This document shows positions 29,775 through 39,680 of a stretch of DNA of 64,000 nucleotides, one piece after another; positions within the stretch are counted from its first letter, which is position 1, and each line of letters opens with the position of its first letter. The notes beneath the pieces are model-generated. The model ran no database searches, was not told the origin of the DNA, and saw nothing but the letters and a program-made list of their open reading frames with translations. This DNA comes from Thermoplasmatota archaeon (GTDB lineage Archaea > Thermoplasmatota > Poseidoniia > Poseidoniales > Thalassarchaeaceae). The DNA lies in NCBI GenBank assembly GCA_036251765.1, contig JAZANL010000025.1:667-64666 (forward strand). The letters run 5' to 3'. The position numbers and the translations under genes were made by a program.

Positions 29775-30595
29775 TCTTCCTCACCAGCCGTTTTTTCCAC
29801 CCTTGCTTTGCTCTTCTTTGCGAAGGAGGAAAGCCCCCCTTCCTCGACATTCCTTCTAGCCCTTAGCAGGTCTCGGAAACCAGGACCGATTTGACCAAAT
29901 CCTTCTTTGAGCCTCTTTTCCCAGTGTGCAATCGCCTTGTCACTCTGAGAAAGAAGCTCCCTTGCTCTGTCTAATTGACTCCTCACTTCCTTTAATTCGC
30001 CCGATGCCTCTGACATCTTCTTGTACATTGGTTGGGCCTTAGAAACCGCTTCGATCATCTTGGCGTGTTCCTTATCCGCCTTTTTGAACAATGCAGACAT
30101 TTTCCGGCTCTTTTCTAGGTAGTTCGACATCTCGGGATTGGAATCCTTTCTATCTCTGACCCACTTGTCGTTCTCTGAAATAAGTGCCCTCCTTTTCTCC
30201 AGAAGCTTCCTCTCAGATTTGTGATCTAGGGCCGATGTCTGAATCTTATCCTCAATCTCCTCAATCTGCTCCAGAAGCTTCTGCTTCTTCCACTTGGGGT
30301 CTAGGCTAATCATTCCTCCTGAGCTAATCAGCTTCTCCCTGATTTCTTTGACCTCGGGAATCAATCCCCCAGCTTCAGTCTGAAACCGATCTCTCTCCTC
30401 CTTGAATGCTGCAACCTTGCTATTTGCATCATCGAACGCGTTTTTCATTCGCTCAACTTTTGGACTCAGTGAGTCTTCTTCAGCCTCTAGATTTCGTATC
30501 ACACCGGGAAGACTGTCTTTCAGCATAACCCTCCTTCTCAGGAGTTTCTCAGCAAGCTCACCAGGCTCAACCTCCATCAGTTCTGCAGTGTCCAT
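29771..30595 (-). CDS. Coiled-coil protein (COG1340-like)
   Basis: IEEIEDKIQTSALDHKSERKL turn motif; ATGA-coupled to the next gene. Confidence 0.78.
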   Translation of the reverse strand: MDTAELMEVEPGELAEKLLRRRVMLKDSLPGVIRNLEAEEDSLSPKVERMKNAFDDANSKVAAFKEERDRFQTEAGGLIPEVKEIREKLISSGGMISLDPKWKKQKLLEQIEEIEDKIQTSALDHKSERKLLEKRRALISENDKWVRDRKDSNPEMSNYLEKSRKMSALFKKADKEHAKMIEAVSKAQPMYKKMSEASGELKEVRSQLDRARELLSQSDKAIAHWEKRLKEGFGQIGPGFRDLLRARRNVEEGGLSSFAKKSKARVEKTAGEEE

Positions 30596-30649
30596 TTCGA
30601 TTCCGAGAAATCCCTCCTTTTTTTAGCAATACTGGACAATTTTCTGGGT

Positions 30650-32227
30650 TTGATTCATACGATGGCCATTCAAGCCGACTCCATGCGGGTCTTGCTAGGC
30701 AATACTATTGCCATGTCCATTGCAATAATATTGCTATCCAGCATGGCATCGCATTCATTCTCGACAAACCAACTAGAATTTAGCAGAATAGGCGCCAAGT
30801 ATTCCGACGAGCCAACTAACTCCACCAATTTCACATCATCGGGAGGATCTGGATTGGCAGTATCCGGTGAACCAGGTTACGTTGGTGACACTCTTACTGC
30901 CTCAATGATGGTGACAAATTCAGGAAACGTAAGCGCATCAGTCTCACTCCTTGTTGCTACAGTTTCTGGTGATGAGTCATTCGAGGGTGCCCACTTCCCT
31001 ATTTCTCCCGGATCTACCCGAGAGGTTTCCACTCCATTCAAATTGACCTCATCTGGTACTAATCATTTTGATTGGCGGGTATCTGTAGTTGAAGATCCTG
31101 ATAATTCGCAATTACAAGGAAATTTTTCTGTCGAGGTACTGCCCAGCCAGACACTAAACGTATCTATTGACTCAATAGAATGGACAAATTCTGACGGCTT
31201 GAATTTCGATGCCTCCATTTTCCTATCCAATGGAAGATCACGGGGAATCATTCTCGAGGCCTCTTCCGGACAAAATGGCGGCTACAAACTATTGCAGAGT
31301 TTACAAATCGACTCGAATCCAGGTAGAAGGACAATCTCTTTCGATTTGGGACATCCTTCAGCAGACGAGGTAATATTGGAGGCTATTCCAATCGCTTGGC
31401 AGCCTTCATCAGATTCCACTAATTTAACACAACTTAGCGTCACAGAGCCATTGGTAAACAAAGCCTCACTATCCGTAGATGCCACCTTCGACCCAGAAAT
31501 GCCCACCCCCGGAAGTAGAGTCATGGTCTCGATATCATTAGAAAATACGGGCAACTATCAAGCACAATCCGGCCATGTAAGGGTGATATCTTCATCCGAC
31601 CAGCAAATCCTCGCTGAGACAGCGGTTCAGTCAGTAATGCCTGGATCAATCTTCACAACCGAGGTGTCTTTGTCAGATTGGCCAAATAGCGATAGCGTCG
31701 GTTTAGAGCTGCAGTGGCTAACAAGCGGTACAAAATCTACGGACTACCTAACAATCGAGACCGAGAAGAGTCAGGAAGGATTGAATCTCCCCTTTGACTT
31801 AGTTGCAGCCGCCTATGGACTTCTAGCCGGAATACTAACAATTCTTGTGGGTACATTTGTCTGGCGCGCAGTTTCTACTCGAACTCCTTCTACTACCGAT
31901 TATAATCTCCGTGAAACAAAGGAATCTGCAAAATCACAGTCAAAACTGGAGAAGACGGAGATTCAATGTTCGTATTGTGACCAGAGACTGATGGTTCCTC
32001 ACAATCATGTGGGCGGAGTCCGCTGTCCGGCTTGCTCGATGGAATTCGTTGTCGGCCAAGTCGACCAGCCATCACATCCCGTAGTCCGCTCATCAGAAGA
32101 CACCCTTAATTGCCCAGAATGTCAACAGGCCTTGAGGGTGAAAATGGAGAATAGGCCAGTAATGTCTAGATGCCCGGTCTGCAAGACTCAGTTCATGGCC
32201 GAGGCCGAGGAGGATCAAGATGTCTGA
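30650..32227 (+). CDS. Membrane-anchored CARDB/Ig-like surface protein with C-terminal double Zn ribbon
   Basis: N-terminal hydrophobic segment, beta-rich repeats (VTNSGN, LENTGN), TM, four CxxC pairs. Confidence 0.72.
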   Translation: MIHTMAIQADSMRVLLGNTIAMSIAIILLSSMASHSFSTNQLEFSRIGAKYSDEPTNSTNFTSSGGSGLAVSGEPGYVGDTLTASMMVTNSGNVSASVSLLVATVSGDESFEGAHFPISPGSTREVSTPFKLTSSGTNHFDWRVSVVEDPDNSQLQGNFSVEVLPSQTLNVSIDSIEWTNSDGLNFDASIFLSNGRSRGIILEASSGQNGGYKLLQSLQIDSNPGRRTISFDLGHPSADEVILEAIPIAWQPSSDSTNLTQLSVTEPLVNKASLSVDATFDPEMPTPGSRVMVSISLENTGNYQAQSGHVRVISSSDQQILAETAVQSVMPGSIFTTEVSLSDWPNSDSVGLELQWLTSGTKSTDYLTIETEKSQEGLNLPFDLVAAAYGLLAGILTILVGTFVWRAVSTRTPSTTDYNLRETKESAKSQSKLEKTEIQCSYCDQRLMVPHNHVGGVRCPACSMEFVVGQVDQPSHPVVRSSEDTLNCPECQQALRVKMENRPVMSRCPVCKTQFMAEAEEDQDV

Positions 32228-32879
32228 ATTCAGCGAAATCGAGGAGATGTATCTGAAGACCATATTCGAGGTTCACTCCGAGATGCCCGGGGAGATCGTA
32301 AAGACCACACAGATTGCTGATTTGATGGGCGTTTCTGCCGCCTCTGTTACAGAAATGGTCCAACGCCTAACCCAACGTGGAATGATCACTCACATACCAT
32401 ATCGCGGCTGCCGACTGACAACTGAGGGTTTTCAGTTAGCTGCCAGAGTTAAAAGACGAGAAGGCCTACTAGAGGTTCTTCTGAAAGACGTGATAGGTTT
32501 CAAGGGGGATGTGAAAGCTGTTGCATGCAAAATGGAGCATGCCGTAGGGATAGATCTGGAGGAAACTCTAGACCGCCTTCTTGGTTATCCGGAAACAACT
32601 GTCGGTGGAGGGAAGATCCCTAGTATCGAGCGTGATTTTGAAACATTGGGCGTTGGAACACTATTGCCATTGGGGCGACTACCTGAGGGATCATCAGCGG
32701 AAGTCGAGATGATTGTTGCAAACGATGTTGAAACCATAACTATCAATGATTGCGGTATCAGTATTGGAGCCCCGATCTCTGTTTCTGAGGGGAAGATAAC
32801 TACTGGTGGCATGGAAATCGGCTTATCTGATGGCATTTCAATGAAGATACTGGCCAGAATCACTTCAATGGGGGAGTAA
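32220..32879 (+). CDS. DtxR/MntR metal-dependent transcriptional regulator
   Basis: EEMYLKTIF, VSAASVTEMVQRL, ACKMEHA, RLLGYPE. Confidence 0.9.
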   Translation: MSEFSEIEEMYLKTIFEVHSEMPGEIVKTTQIADLMGVSAASVTEMVQRLTQRGMITHIPYRGCRLTTEGFQLAARVKRREGLLEVLLKDVIGFKGDVKAVACKMEHAVGIDLEETLDRLLGYPETTVGGGKIPSIERDFETLGVGTLLPLGRLPEGSSAEVEMIVANDVETITINDCGISIGAPISVSEGKITTGGMEIGLSDGISMKILARITSMGE

Positions 32880-32929
32880 GAATTTCTTCGAACGAGGACC
32901 CAACAAATTTCACCTCTCCAGAGAGTGAG

Positions 32930-34462
32930 TTGGAATCAATGGTAGAAACCCTGCAAATAGAGACTCCTTCGGCCCCTGAAATCAAAGGAATGGTCAAGGT
33001 CGAAGAAAGGGCCGAAACAGTCAACAAAAAGACACAATTGAAATCTAGAGAGACGATTCTTACAGGTATCGACGATATTCTGATCAGCCGCGGGGCTCGT
33101 TTGATATTATTCCTCCCCATCGCAGTAGTCGTCCTTTTCGGACTAGCCCAGTCATATCGTGGGTCCGTCCCTAGTTGGTGGGAAGGTGGAGTTCAGGAAC
33201 TATTCTTCGACCTCTCATTCTCAAATTCAGTCTACTTACTTGCTCTGGCCATCATGGTCACAGACCTAGTTCTACTGTTCGTTCTTCATTACCTGCTGTG
33301 GGTAACAAAGCGCATTTTCCAAATCGAAACCGATGAAATAGTCTCCACGGGAATTACCTTCCGAAGCTCGCATGGTTATAGTGAGATGAAAGCGGTAATT
33401 GATGGGGCATCTAACCAACTCAATCTTACTACTACCATGATGTTTCTTTCAACCGTTCTACTTGGCTTAGCATTGATTTTCTCATCAGATGATTCCCAAG
33501 GAATCCCCGTTCTGATTGCATTGTCTACCGGTGCTCTACTATCCGGACACAGTGTTTACATGGTTTCCAACCGACCAAGATTCAACACAGTCGAGCCATG
33601 GGGGCTGTTAGACGCATTCACCCCCCCAATGCATCCCGCATTGCTGAACAAACCATTCACAGATGTGATCAGATCACACGTCGACCCGCTGCTAGCCGTG
33701 CGCTTCTCAAAGTACGTCACTTCGTTTAGTGATAATCTCCAGAGCGGCGTAAGACTTTCTGAGTTGCAGGAATATCTTCTGCAGGTACTAGATATGTTCC
33801 GCTCTGGGTTGATAGAAGAGGATGAATTCCATGCAGCTCTTGGGGAATTAGTAGACACAAGAACCATTGATCAAATCATCAATCATCCAGAGCTTGGTGA
33901 AGAGACATTGGATAGGTTGCTTATGCATGCAAGGGAAAGATGCGCCCCCTTCTTCCGCCTTAACGACAGGATGAGGATGCACTTGTCCTCACACATGAAT
34001 GAGCAGATATGGTTTGATGTGGATATGGAGAACCTTACTCTCGGCCAGGCAAACCTATTCGCATTCGTCCTCAACCAGACAGATGAAACACAGGATCTTA
34101 TCCTCAGGGTACAGACTCCCGACTTCCGTCCAAACGAGTGCGTATATCGACTCAAAGCCGAACCCCACGCCGATGACAAATTATCTGGAAAGACCACTTA
34201 CGAGAGGGTTTCCTCCTCTGTGTCATCGTCGAGGATTGTTTGGCAGACCCTCATCCCATCCTCTATGGGCGATGCTACTGTAACAGTTAGGCTAGAGGAC
34301 TCCTCAGGAAACCTAATCTCAGGCAAGGTTCTAACTTCACAAGTAAGATCAGACCTCTTTACTCGTCTAAGGATGACTACTGGTGCAGTATTCATGTTCG
34401 GTGCCGCACTCGCCATCATTTCACCGATCCTACCCTTTGTAGCAAAGTTACTTGGCCTTTAG
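32930..34462 (+). CDS. Membrane protein, unknown function
   Basis: 4 N-terminal TMs, soluble domain, C-terminal TM. Confidence 0.75.
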   Translation: MESMVETLQIETPSAPEIKGMVKVEERAETVNKKTQLKSRETILTGIDDILISRGARLILFLPIAVVVLFGLAQSYRGSVPSWWEGGVQELFFDLSFSNSVYLLALAIMVTDLVLLFVLHYLLWVTKRIFQIETDEIVSTGITFRSSHGYSEMKAVIDGASNQLNLTTTMMFLSTVLLGLALIFSSDDSQGIPVLIALSTGALLSGHSVYMVSNRPRFNTVEPWGLLDAFTPPMHPALLNKPFTDVIRSHVDPLLAVRFSKYVTSFSDNLQSGVRLSELQEYLLQVLDMFRSGLIEEDEFHAALGELVDTRTIDQIINHPELGEETLDRLLMHARERCAPFFRLNDRMRMHLSSHMNEQIWFDVDMENLTLGQANLFAFVLNQTDETQDLILRVQTPDFRPNECVYRLKAEPHADDKLSGKTTYERVSSSVSSSRIVWQTLIPSSMGDATVTVRLEDSSGNLISGKVLTSQVRSDLFTRLRMTTGAVFMFGAALAIISPILPFVAKLLGL

Positions 34463-34496
34463 GTCTCTTCAATAAGGGGGCACTATTCGCAATTGC

Positions 34497-35483
34497 ATGG
34501 TTAGCGACGATGGGGACTCGGATGACCTCCGAACTAGGTTGCACGCCATGGAGTCCAAGCTAACTAGAGTTCGTGGTCAGCGTGACTCCCACAATGACTC
34601 CGCAAAGAGGGCAGCAGATCAGAGAAACTCTGCTCAGAATAAAAGAAATGAGGTACAGGAATCAATCACATCCAGGATGGACGAACAGAAGAAGGTACGT
34701 GCACAGGCAAAGATCCACCAAGCAAGCCGCGATGAGATACAGCATAGCATCAGGGAGATCATCTCGCGAAAGAAGGGCAAGAAGGACCAAGGCCCGGGGA
34801 AGTCCGTAGTGATTCAACTATCGGAAACAGTTGGCGAGATAGAGAGGATAGAGGATCGGATAATGACCGACGGAGGCCTTTCTCTGGAGAAGGAAAACTC
34901 CCTCATCAAGAAACTTCGCTCATTAATTTCTAGAAGGGACGAACTAATACCTCATGTAGAGCAACAGCGCATAGTCTCTATCGATTTGAGTGATATGGAC
35001 GAATCTATTCAGAGATTGAGGGCTGAGGCAGATAACGAACACAAGTTAATGCTCGAGCAAAATAGCCTGGCAGATGAGATTTGGAATGAAATCAAACCCC
35101 TTTTCGAGGAAAGGGACTTTCTCAGAGGCGAAGGTGATAGGCTGCATGCCCTTTTCTTGGAGGAAAGGGGCAAGGCCGACGAGGCGCATCAGGGAGTGGT
35201 CGAACTCCTTTCCAAGGTGAATGAGATCCGGAGTGAGATACGCTCTCAGCACGAGGAGAGAGAAAGGATGGTAAACGACCATAACAAATCTGTAAGACAG
35301 GCTCTAAGAGGGCCCGATCAGAACGAAGAACTCGCAGAATCTCTATCTGACAAGCTCCTAGGAGGTCAATCAATCACCTTCGGAGGAATCGTTGCCACCG
35401 ATGCCAACGTTACTCAGGATGAAAAACCGAGGCCAAAGAGGAAATCGAGGAAGCTCGGTACTTCTCGTGGCAGGAAGAGCTAG
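34497..35483 (+). CDS. Coiled-coil protein (COG1340-like) with basic tail
   Basis: IERIEDRIMTDGGLSLEKENSL turn motif; tail RKSRKLGTSRG. Confidence 0.8.
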   Translation: MVSDDGDSDDLRTRLHAMESKLTRVRGQRDSHNDSAKRAADQRNSAQNKRNEVQESITSRMDEQKKVRAQAKIHQASRDEIQHSIREIISRKKGKKDQGPGKSVVIQLSETVGEIERIEDRIMTDGGLSLEKENSLIKKLRSLISRRDELIPHVEQQRIVSIDLSDMDESIQRLRAEADNEHKLMLEQNSLADEIWNEIKPLFEERDFLRGEGDRLHALFLEERGKADEAHQGVVELLSKVNEIRSEIRSQHEERERMVNDHNKSVRQALRGPDQNEELAESLSDKLLGGQSITFGGIVATDANVTQDEKPRPKRKSRKLGTSRGRKS

Positions 35484-36473
35484 TCACCATCCTCTCTCGT
35501 CCATCTTGACCTCGAGAGTATCTATTTCTAGGCCTGGCATTGCCTCTCCAACCATATCACAAGCTTCTGCCACTACTGCTGAGTCCTCGAAGTGATGTGT
35601 TGCAAGGACAATGGCTTCAGCGGTTCTTGTCGGATCAGAACTCTTGAAAATCCCGGATCCAACGAAAATCCCATCCATTCCATGCTTCATCATCAATGAC
35701 GCGTCTGCTGGGGTCGCTATCCCACCAGCAGAAAAAGTCACCACGGGCAGACGCCCTAATTGCGCTACCTCATCCAAAACGGATGCCACCTCTTTCCTCA
35801 ATTCTTCTAGGGTTCCGAATGGAGTATTTTGTACTGAGGCACCTATTTCAGATGATTTTTCCAGCCTTCTATAACCATCCAGGATATTCTCTACTATATC
35901 CTCCCGAGCCTTTGAGTTAGATTCCCTAGTGGTCTCAATTTCGGTTGCTAGGAGTCTGGCGTGCTTTACAGCACTCACAACGTTGCCAGTACCAGCCTCG
36001 CCCTTCGTCCTGATCATTGCAGCCCCCTCTGCCACCCTCCGAACAGCCTCTCCAAGGCTAGTGCACCCGCAGACGAATGGAATCGTGAAGTCGGCTTTTG
36101 GGATGTGGTAGTAAGGATCAGCAGGGGTAAGAACTTCCGACTCGTCGATCATGTCTACTCCGAGTGTTTCCAATACCCTGGCCTCCTCATCGTGGCCAAT
36201 TCTAGCCTTAGCCATGACTGGAATACTAGTCGTCTCGATGATTTCCTTGATCAGCTTGGGGTGGCTCATCCTCGCGACTCCCCCAGAAGATCGAATATCT
36301 GCTGGAACCCTCTCCAGAGCCATTACGGAGACGGCCCCAGCATCCTCTGCAACATGGGCCTGTTCCGGAGTCACTACATCCATCACTACTCCACCCTCCT
36401 GCATCTTCGCAAAGCCCCGCTTGAGAAGCTCTGTTCCATGCCTCATATCGCCTAGCTCAATCCTATGCGGCAT
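35484..36473 (-). CDS. pdxS: Pyridoxal 5'-phosphate synthase lyase subunit
   Basis: [43 protein letters not shown]. Confidence 0.96.
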   Translation of the reverse strand: MPHRIELGDMRHGTELLKRGFAKMQEGGVVMDVVTPEQAHVAEDAGAVSVMALERVPADIRSSGGVARMSHPKLIKEIIETTSIPVMAKARIGHDEEARVLETLGVDMIDESEVLTPADPYYHIPKADFTIPFVCGCTSLGEAVRRVAEGAAMIRTKGEAGTGNVVSAVKHARLLATEIETTRESNSKAREDIVENILDGYRRLEKSSEIGASVQNTPFGTLEELRKEVASVLDEVAQLGRLPVVTFSAGGIATPADASLMMKHGMDGIFVGSGIFKSSDPTRTAEAIVLATHHFEDSAVVAEACDMVGEAMPGLEIDTLEVKMDERGW

Positions 36474-36523
36474 ACGGATTCCTCTCGGCATGTATTCATG
36501 AACCTATTTGGCGAACCAATTTC

Positions 36524-36802
36524 CTAACTATCAGCCAGAACAGGGGAATCACCCTCTGCTATTGGAAGGTCAGGTGACTCTACCTCATTCTTCTCCAACC
36601 ATTCCATTTCCTCGTCCGGTAGATCAGTATCAGCATAGATCGCCTCTTCTGGACATTCTGGAATGCATGCCGCGCAGTCTATGCACTCATCGGGATCTAT
36701 CACCAAATATTGTTCGGCTTCCCTAAACGCTTCTACTGGGCAGACATGTACGCAATCTTGGTATTTGCACATAACACATGCACTGGTTACTACGTGGGTC
36801 AT
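36524..36802 (-). CDS. fdxA: 7Fe/8Fe ferredoxin, FdxA type
   Basis: [15 protein letters not shown] and [17 protein letters not shown]. Confidence 0.9.
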   Translation of the reverse strand: MTHVVTSACVMCKYQDCVHVCPVEAFREAEQYLVIDPDECIDCAACIPECPEEAIYADTDLPDEEMEWLEKNEVESPDLPIAEGDSPVLADS

Positions 36803-36843
36803 ATAGGTAGAACTCCCATGTAATCAGCATATGAATTCTTGTA

Positions 36844-37314
36844 TTATTCGTCAATCAGGCCAATTATCAAATCCTCAGCAACCTCAATCGATTTCTGACC
36901 AGGGTATACCTCCAACTTGAATCTGCCCTTGGCAACAGGATCGTTCGAATTCCGTGATACAACGCCACGTCCTTGTACAAGTTTGTCCAATCTCAGTCTG
37001 ACGTGAAAGAACTTGTCTTCGTCCACTCTGCTGTCTAGCCCGCCTTCTAGTACGTAAACCAATGAGTCCCTCTCTACTTTCGCCAATGATGATAGTGCCT
37101 CCCTCCCCTTCATCTTTACACTGATTGTTTGCATGGGGGCCCCCAATGTCGAGTTTTCCTTTTTAACGACAATCTCCGATAACCCCCCACAAAGCCAACT
37201 AAGAGAATCCTCTATCACCCTCGTTTCGTCAACGGCACTTGCATGTATCCTCCATTCGCCGCCATGTAGGCTCATGCCCATCGCAGTTGATGACGTGACT
37301 TCAATGCGTTCCAA
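36844..37314 (-). CDS. Putative RNA-binding protein (COG1325-like)
   Basis: LDSRVDE..FHVRLRLDK..VQG and KLEVYPG patterns. Confidence 0.6.
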   Translation of the reverse strand: MERIEVTSSTAMGMSLHGGEWRIHASAVDETRVIEDSLSWLCGGLSEIVVKKENSTLGAPMQTISVKMKGREALSSLAKVERDSLVYVLEGGLDSRVDEDKFFHVRLRLDKLVQGRGVVSRNSNDPVAKGRFKLEVYPGQKSIEVAEDLIIGLIDE

Positions 37315-37406
37315 AGACGTTGCTTACAATAGCATTCCGTTCAAATACTGGTTGCAGGTCGGACGGCTCGCAAACGGGGTAGCCCCCGCAATATGGAGAC
37401 ATCTCA

Positions 37407-38303
37407 ATGGCCAAAGGAGCATCAGCGAGAGCCGCGGCTCGTAGGCAGAAGGACAAGTGGAAGGCCAAGAGATGGTACTCAATACGAGCCCCTAGGAATC
37501 CATGGTCGTTCAAGGTAATAGGCGAGACAATTGCCGAGGAAGAGGACATGCTAGTAGGCAGGCCATTCGAGATTATGCAGAATGAGCTCGACGGCGACTT
37601 CACCAAGATGCATGTAAAGATCAAATTCCGAATCAAGGAAGTTGTCGGAAACGACGCCATCACTGAGTTCGTCGGCCATGATGTCATGAAGGACTTCGTC
37701 AGGAGGCAGATAAGGAGGGACAGGGGGAAAATTGACGATACCATTGATGTCGTTACCGAAGATGGCTACTTTGTCAGAATCAAGCCCTTCATCGTAACCA
37801 GGTCAAGCGTCAAGGCTAGTCAGAAGAATGAGTCCAGGAGCGTAACCAGGAACGAGGTAGTCAAGTTCTGCGCCCAATCTACGTGGATCAATGTACAGAA
37901 GGCACTCATGGACGGATCGTTGGAGGAGACCGTCTCCAAGGCTATATCCAAGATTCAACCTGTTCGTGCGGTCTTCTTCAGGCGCAGCCAACTTATTCAG
38001 GACGGTGTTGTGGTAGACGACGGGCCAACTCTGGAGGAGATCAAGGCCCAGGAGAAGGAGGCAAGGGAGCAAGAAGAGATGACTCCAGACGAAGATGATG
38101 AGGTCGCGGCTGAGCAACCGAATGAGGATGGTCCAGACGAGGATCACGAGGCTGAATCTGAAGACGAAGGACAAGACGTTGAGAGTCCCGCTGATGTCGA
38201 CTACGAGTCGATGACCGTTGCACAGCTGAAGGAACTACTGAAGAAAGACGGCAAGCCAGTGTCAGGTAAGAAGGCCGACCTCATATCTAGATTATCGGAG
38301 TGA
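37407..38303 (+). CDS. rps3ae: 30S ribosomal protein S3Ae (eS1) with acidic linker and C-terminal SAP domain
   Basis: KDKWKAKRWYSIRAP; tail YESMTVAQLKELLKKDGKPVSGKKADLISRL. Confidence 0.95.
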   Translation: MAKGASARAAARRQKDKWKAKRWYSIRAPRNPWSFKVIGETIAEEEDMLVGRPFEIMQNELDGDFTKMHVKIKFRIKEVVGNDAITEFVGHDVMKDFVRRQIRRDRGKIDDTIDVVTEDGYFVRIKPFIVTRSSVKASQKNESRSVTRNEVVKFCAQSTWINVQKALMDGSLEETVSKAISKIQPVRAVFFRRSQLIQDGVVVDDGPTLEEIKAQEKEAREQEEMTPDEDDEVAAEQPNEDGPDEDHEAESEDEGQDVESPADVDYESMTVAQLKELLKKDGKPVSGKKADLISRLSE

Positions 38304-38307
38304 GGAG

Positions 38308-39069
38308 ATGCCCCGCATAGCGGTGATTTGTGGCACTGGGATGAGCGCATTCTCGACCACTCTGGGAGAATCGACATCTTCTTCTCGTAGCTCAATGATA
38401 GCAGAGTCTATGTGGGGCGAAGTACCAGTTTCCGTGGTTAAACTAGACCTCGGCCATGTTTTCGTCATAGATCGGCATCACTCAGAAGGCGAATCAAGAA
38501 CCCCGCCTCATGCAATCGAGCACCGTGCGATCGTGAAAGCAGCCACTAGTTGCTCACCAGATCTAATCGTTAGCGTGAACTCGGTTGGTTCGATGACAGA
38601 ATCCATGCCTCCGGGTACAGTTGGAATTGCAAGTGGAATACTAGACCTTTCCATCAAGCCATGGACATTTCACGATGATGATGCGACTCACGCTGATCGG
38701 ACTCGACCATTCGATCAAAGGTACATCTCGGTTTGCGAGGCAACCCTCATGGAGAGACAGGGCACCTCACCGACGGGGTTGATTGTGGCACAGTGCGTAG
38801 GGCCACAGTTCGAGAGCATATCCGAGATCGATGCACTAGAGACGCTAGGGGCACATCTAGTCGGGATGACCCTTGGTCCAGAGCAGAGGCTAATATCAGA
38901 GACAGGAATCCCCCATGTCTCGTTGCCATGCTCTTCGAACTGGGCCGCAGGAAGGACACCAGGGGAACCCGATGCAGAAATCAATCACGAGGAGGTCGAC
39001 GAGATGGCATCTCAGATGCGAGAATTGGTTTCATCGTGCATTCTGGCGCTTCTTGAAGACATCAATTAG
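38308..39069 (+). CDS. MTAP/purine nucleoside phosphorylase family
   Basis: IAVICGTG, RH..HxxPPH-like motif, SVNSVGS, GPQFES..E, LVGMT..PE, SNWAAG. Confidence 0.85.
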   Translation: MPRIAVICGTGMSAFSTTLGESTSSSRSSMIAESMWGEVPVSVVKLDLGHVFVIDRHHSEGESRTPPHAIEHRAIVKAATSCSPDLIVSVNSVGSMTESMPPGTVGIASGILDLSIKPWTFHDDDATHADRTRPFDQRYISVCEATLMERQGTSPTGLIVAQCVGPQFESISEIDALETLGAHLVGMTLGPEQRLISETGIPHVSLPCSSNWAAGRTPGEPDAEINHEEVDEMASQMRELVSSCILALLEDIN

Positions 39070-39108
39070 TGCAACTACCTTGATGGAGCCCCCCTCACCT
39101 GTATTGCC

Positions 39109-39495
39109 ATGGTGGAAAGGCTGAGTGTAGATGATTGGTTGCAGGTGGAGCACGGTGAGGAGTCCGATGGATCTTGGTCGACAATGATGGCCAGAGTCGC
39201 AAAGTTCCACCATAAGCACAAGTTCGAAGACGACCAGAACCATGGACATGACATGGGATTCCGGATTGCCCTCACTGTGGAGGAGCTCGGAGAACTCTCT
39301 GCTGCGATAACTAAGGGAAAGCCAGACGAGGAGGCGGCTGAGGAACTGGCCGATCTTCTGATACTGATTCTAGGGCATTCTCTCGCAATGAAAGTAGACC
39401 TAGAGGCGGAATTCCACAAGAAGATGGACAAGGTCATGACTAGGAAGGCTCGAACAGGGAAGCTCGGAATCAGAGTCACAGAGTACACTGATTAG
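39109..39495 (+). CDS. MazG-like nucleotide pyrophosphohydrolase
   Basis: EELGEL..EELADLL (ExxE..ExxD). Confidence 0.85.
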   Translation: MVERLSVDDWLQVEHGEESDGSWSTMMARVAKFHHKHKFEDDQNHGHDMGFRIALTVEELGELSAAITKGKPDEEAAEELADLLILILGHSLAMKVDLEAEFHKKMDKVMTRKARTGKLGIRVTEYTD

Positions 39496-39513
39496 TGGAA
39501 TTAGCAAGAATTA

Positions 39514-39567
39514 GTGTGCCTATCAACACCCATTTTAGTAGAAATTACTAGGTGTAGATAGGTACAC
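39514..39567. repeat. 17-bp inverted repeat (15/17) with each arm GTGT-N8-ACAC; hairpin or twin operator
   Basis: GTGTGCCTATCAACACC (39514-30) vs GGTGTAGATAGGTACAC (39551-67); inner TAGTA/TACTA stem. Confidence 0.65.
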
Positions 39568-39680
39568 CGGCTTTTCTGAAAAAGTGCGTTTTTAGCCGTT
39601 TTTCGCAGGTTTAGTACCTTCGCTATTATATACTCCAGAGAAACGAGACGAAGTCACTCGTTATACGAGGAGATGAAAAA

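Noticed and set aside
27886..30595. SMC/Rad50 or ESCRT-III identity for the coiled-coil genes
   Set aside because: No Walker motifs, hinge or zinc hook; no recognisable Snf7 pattern or Vps4 neighbour
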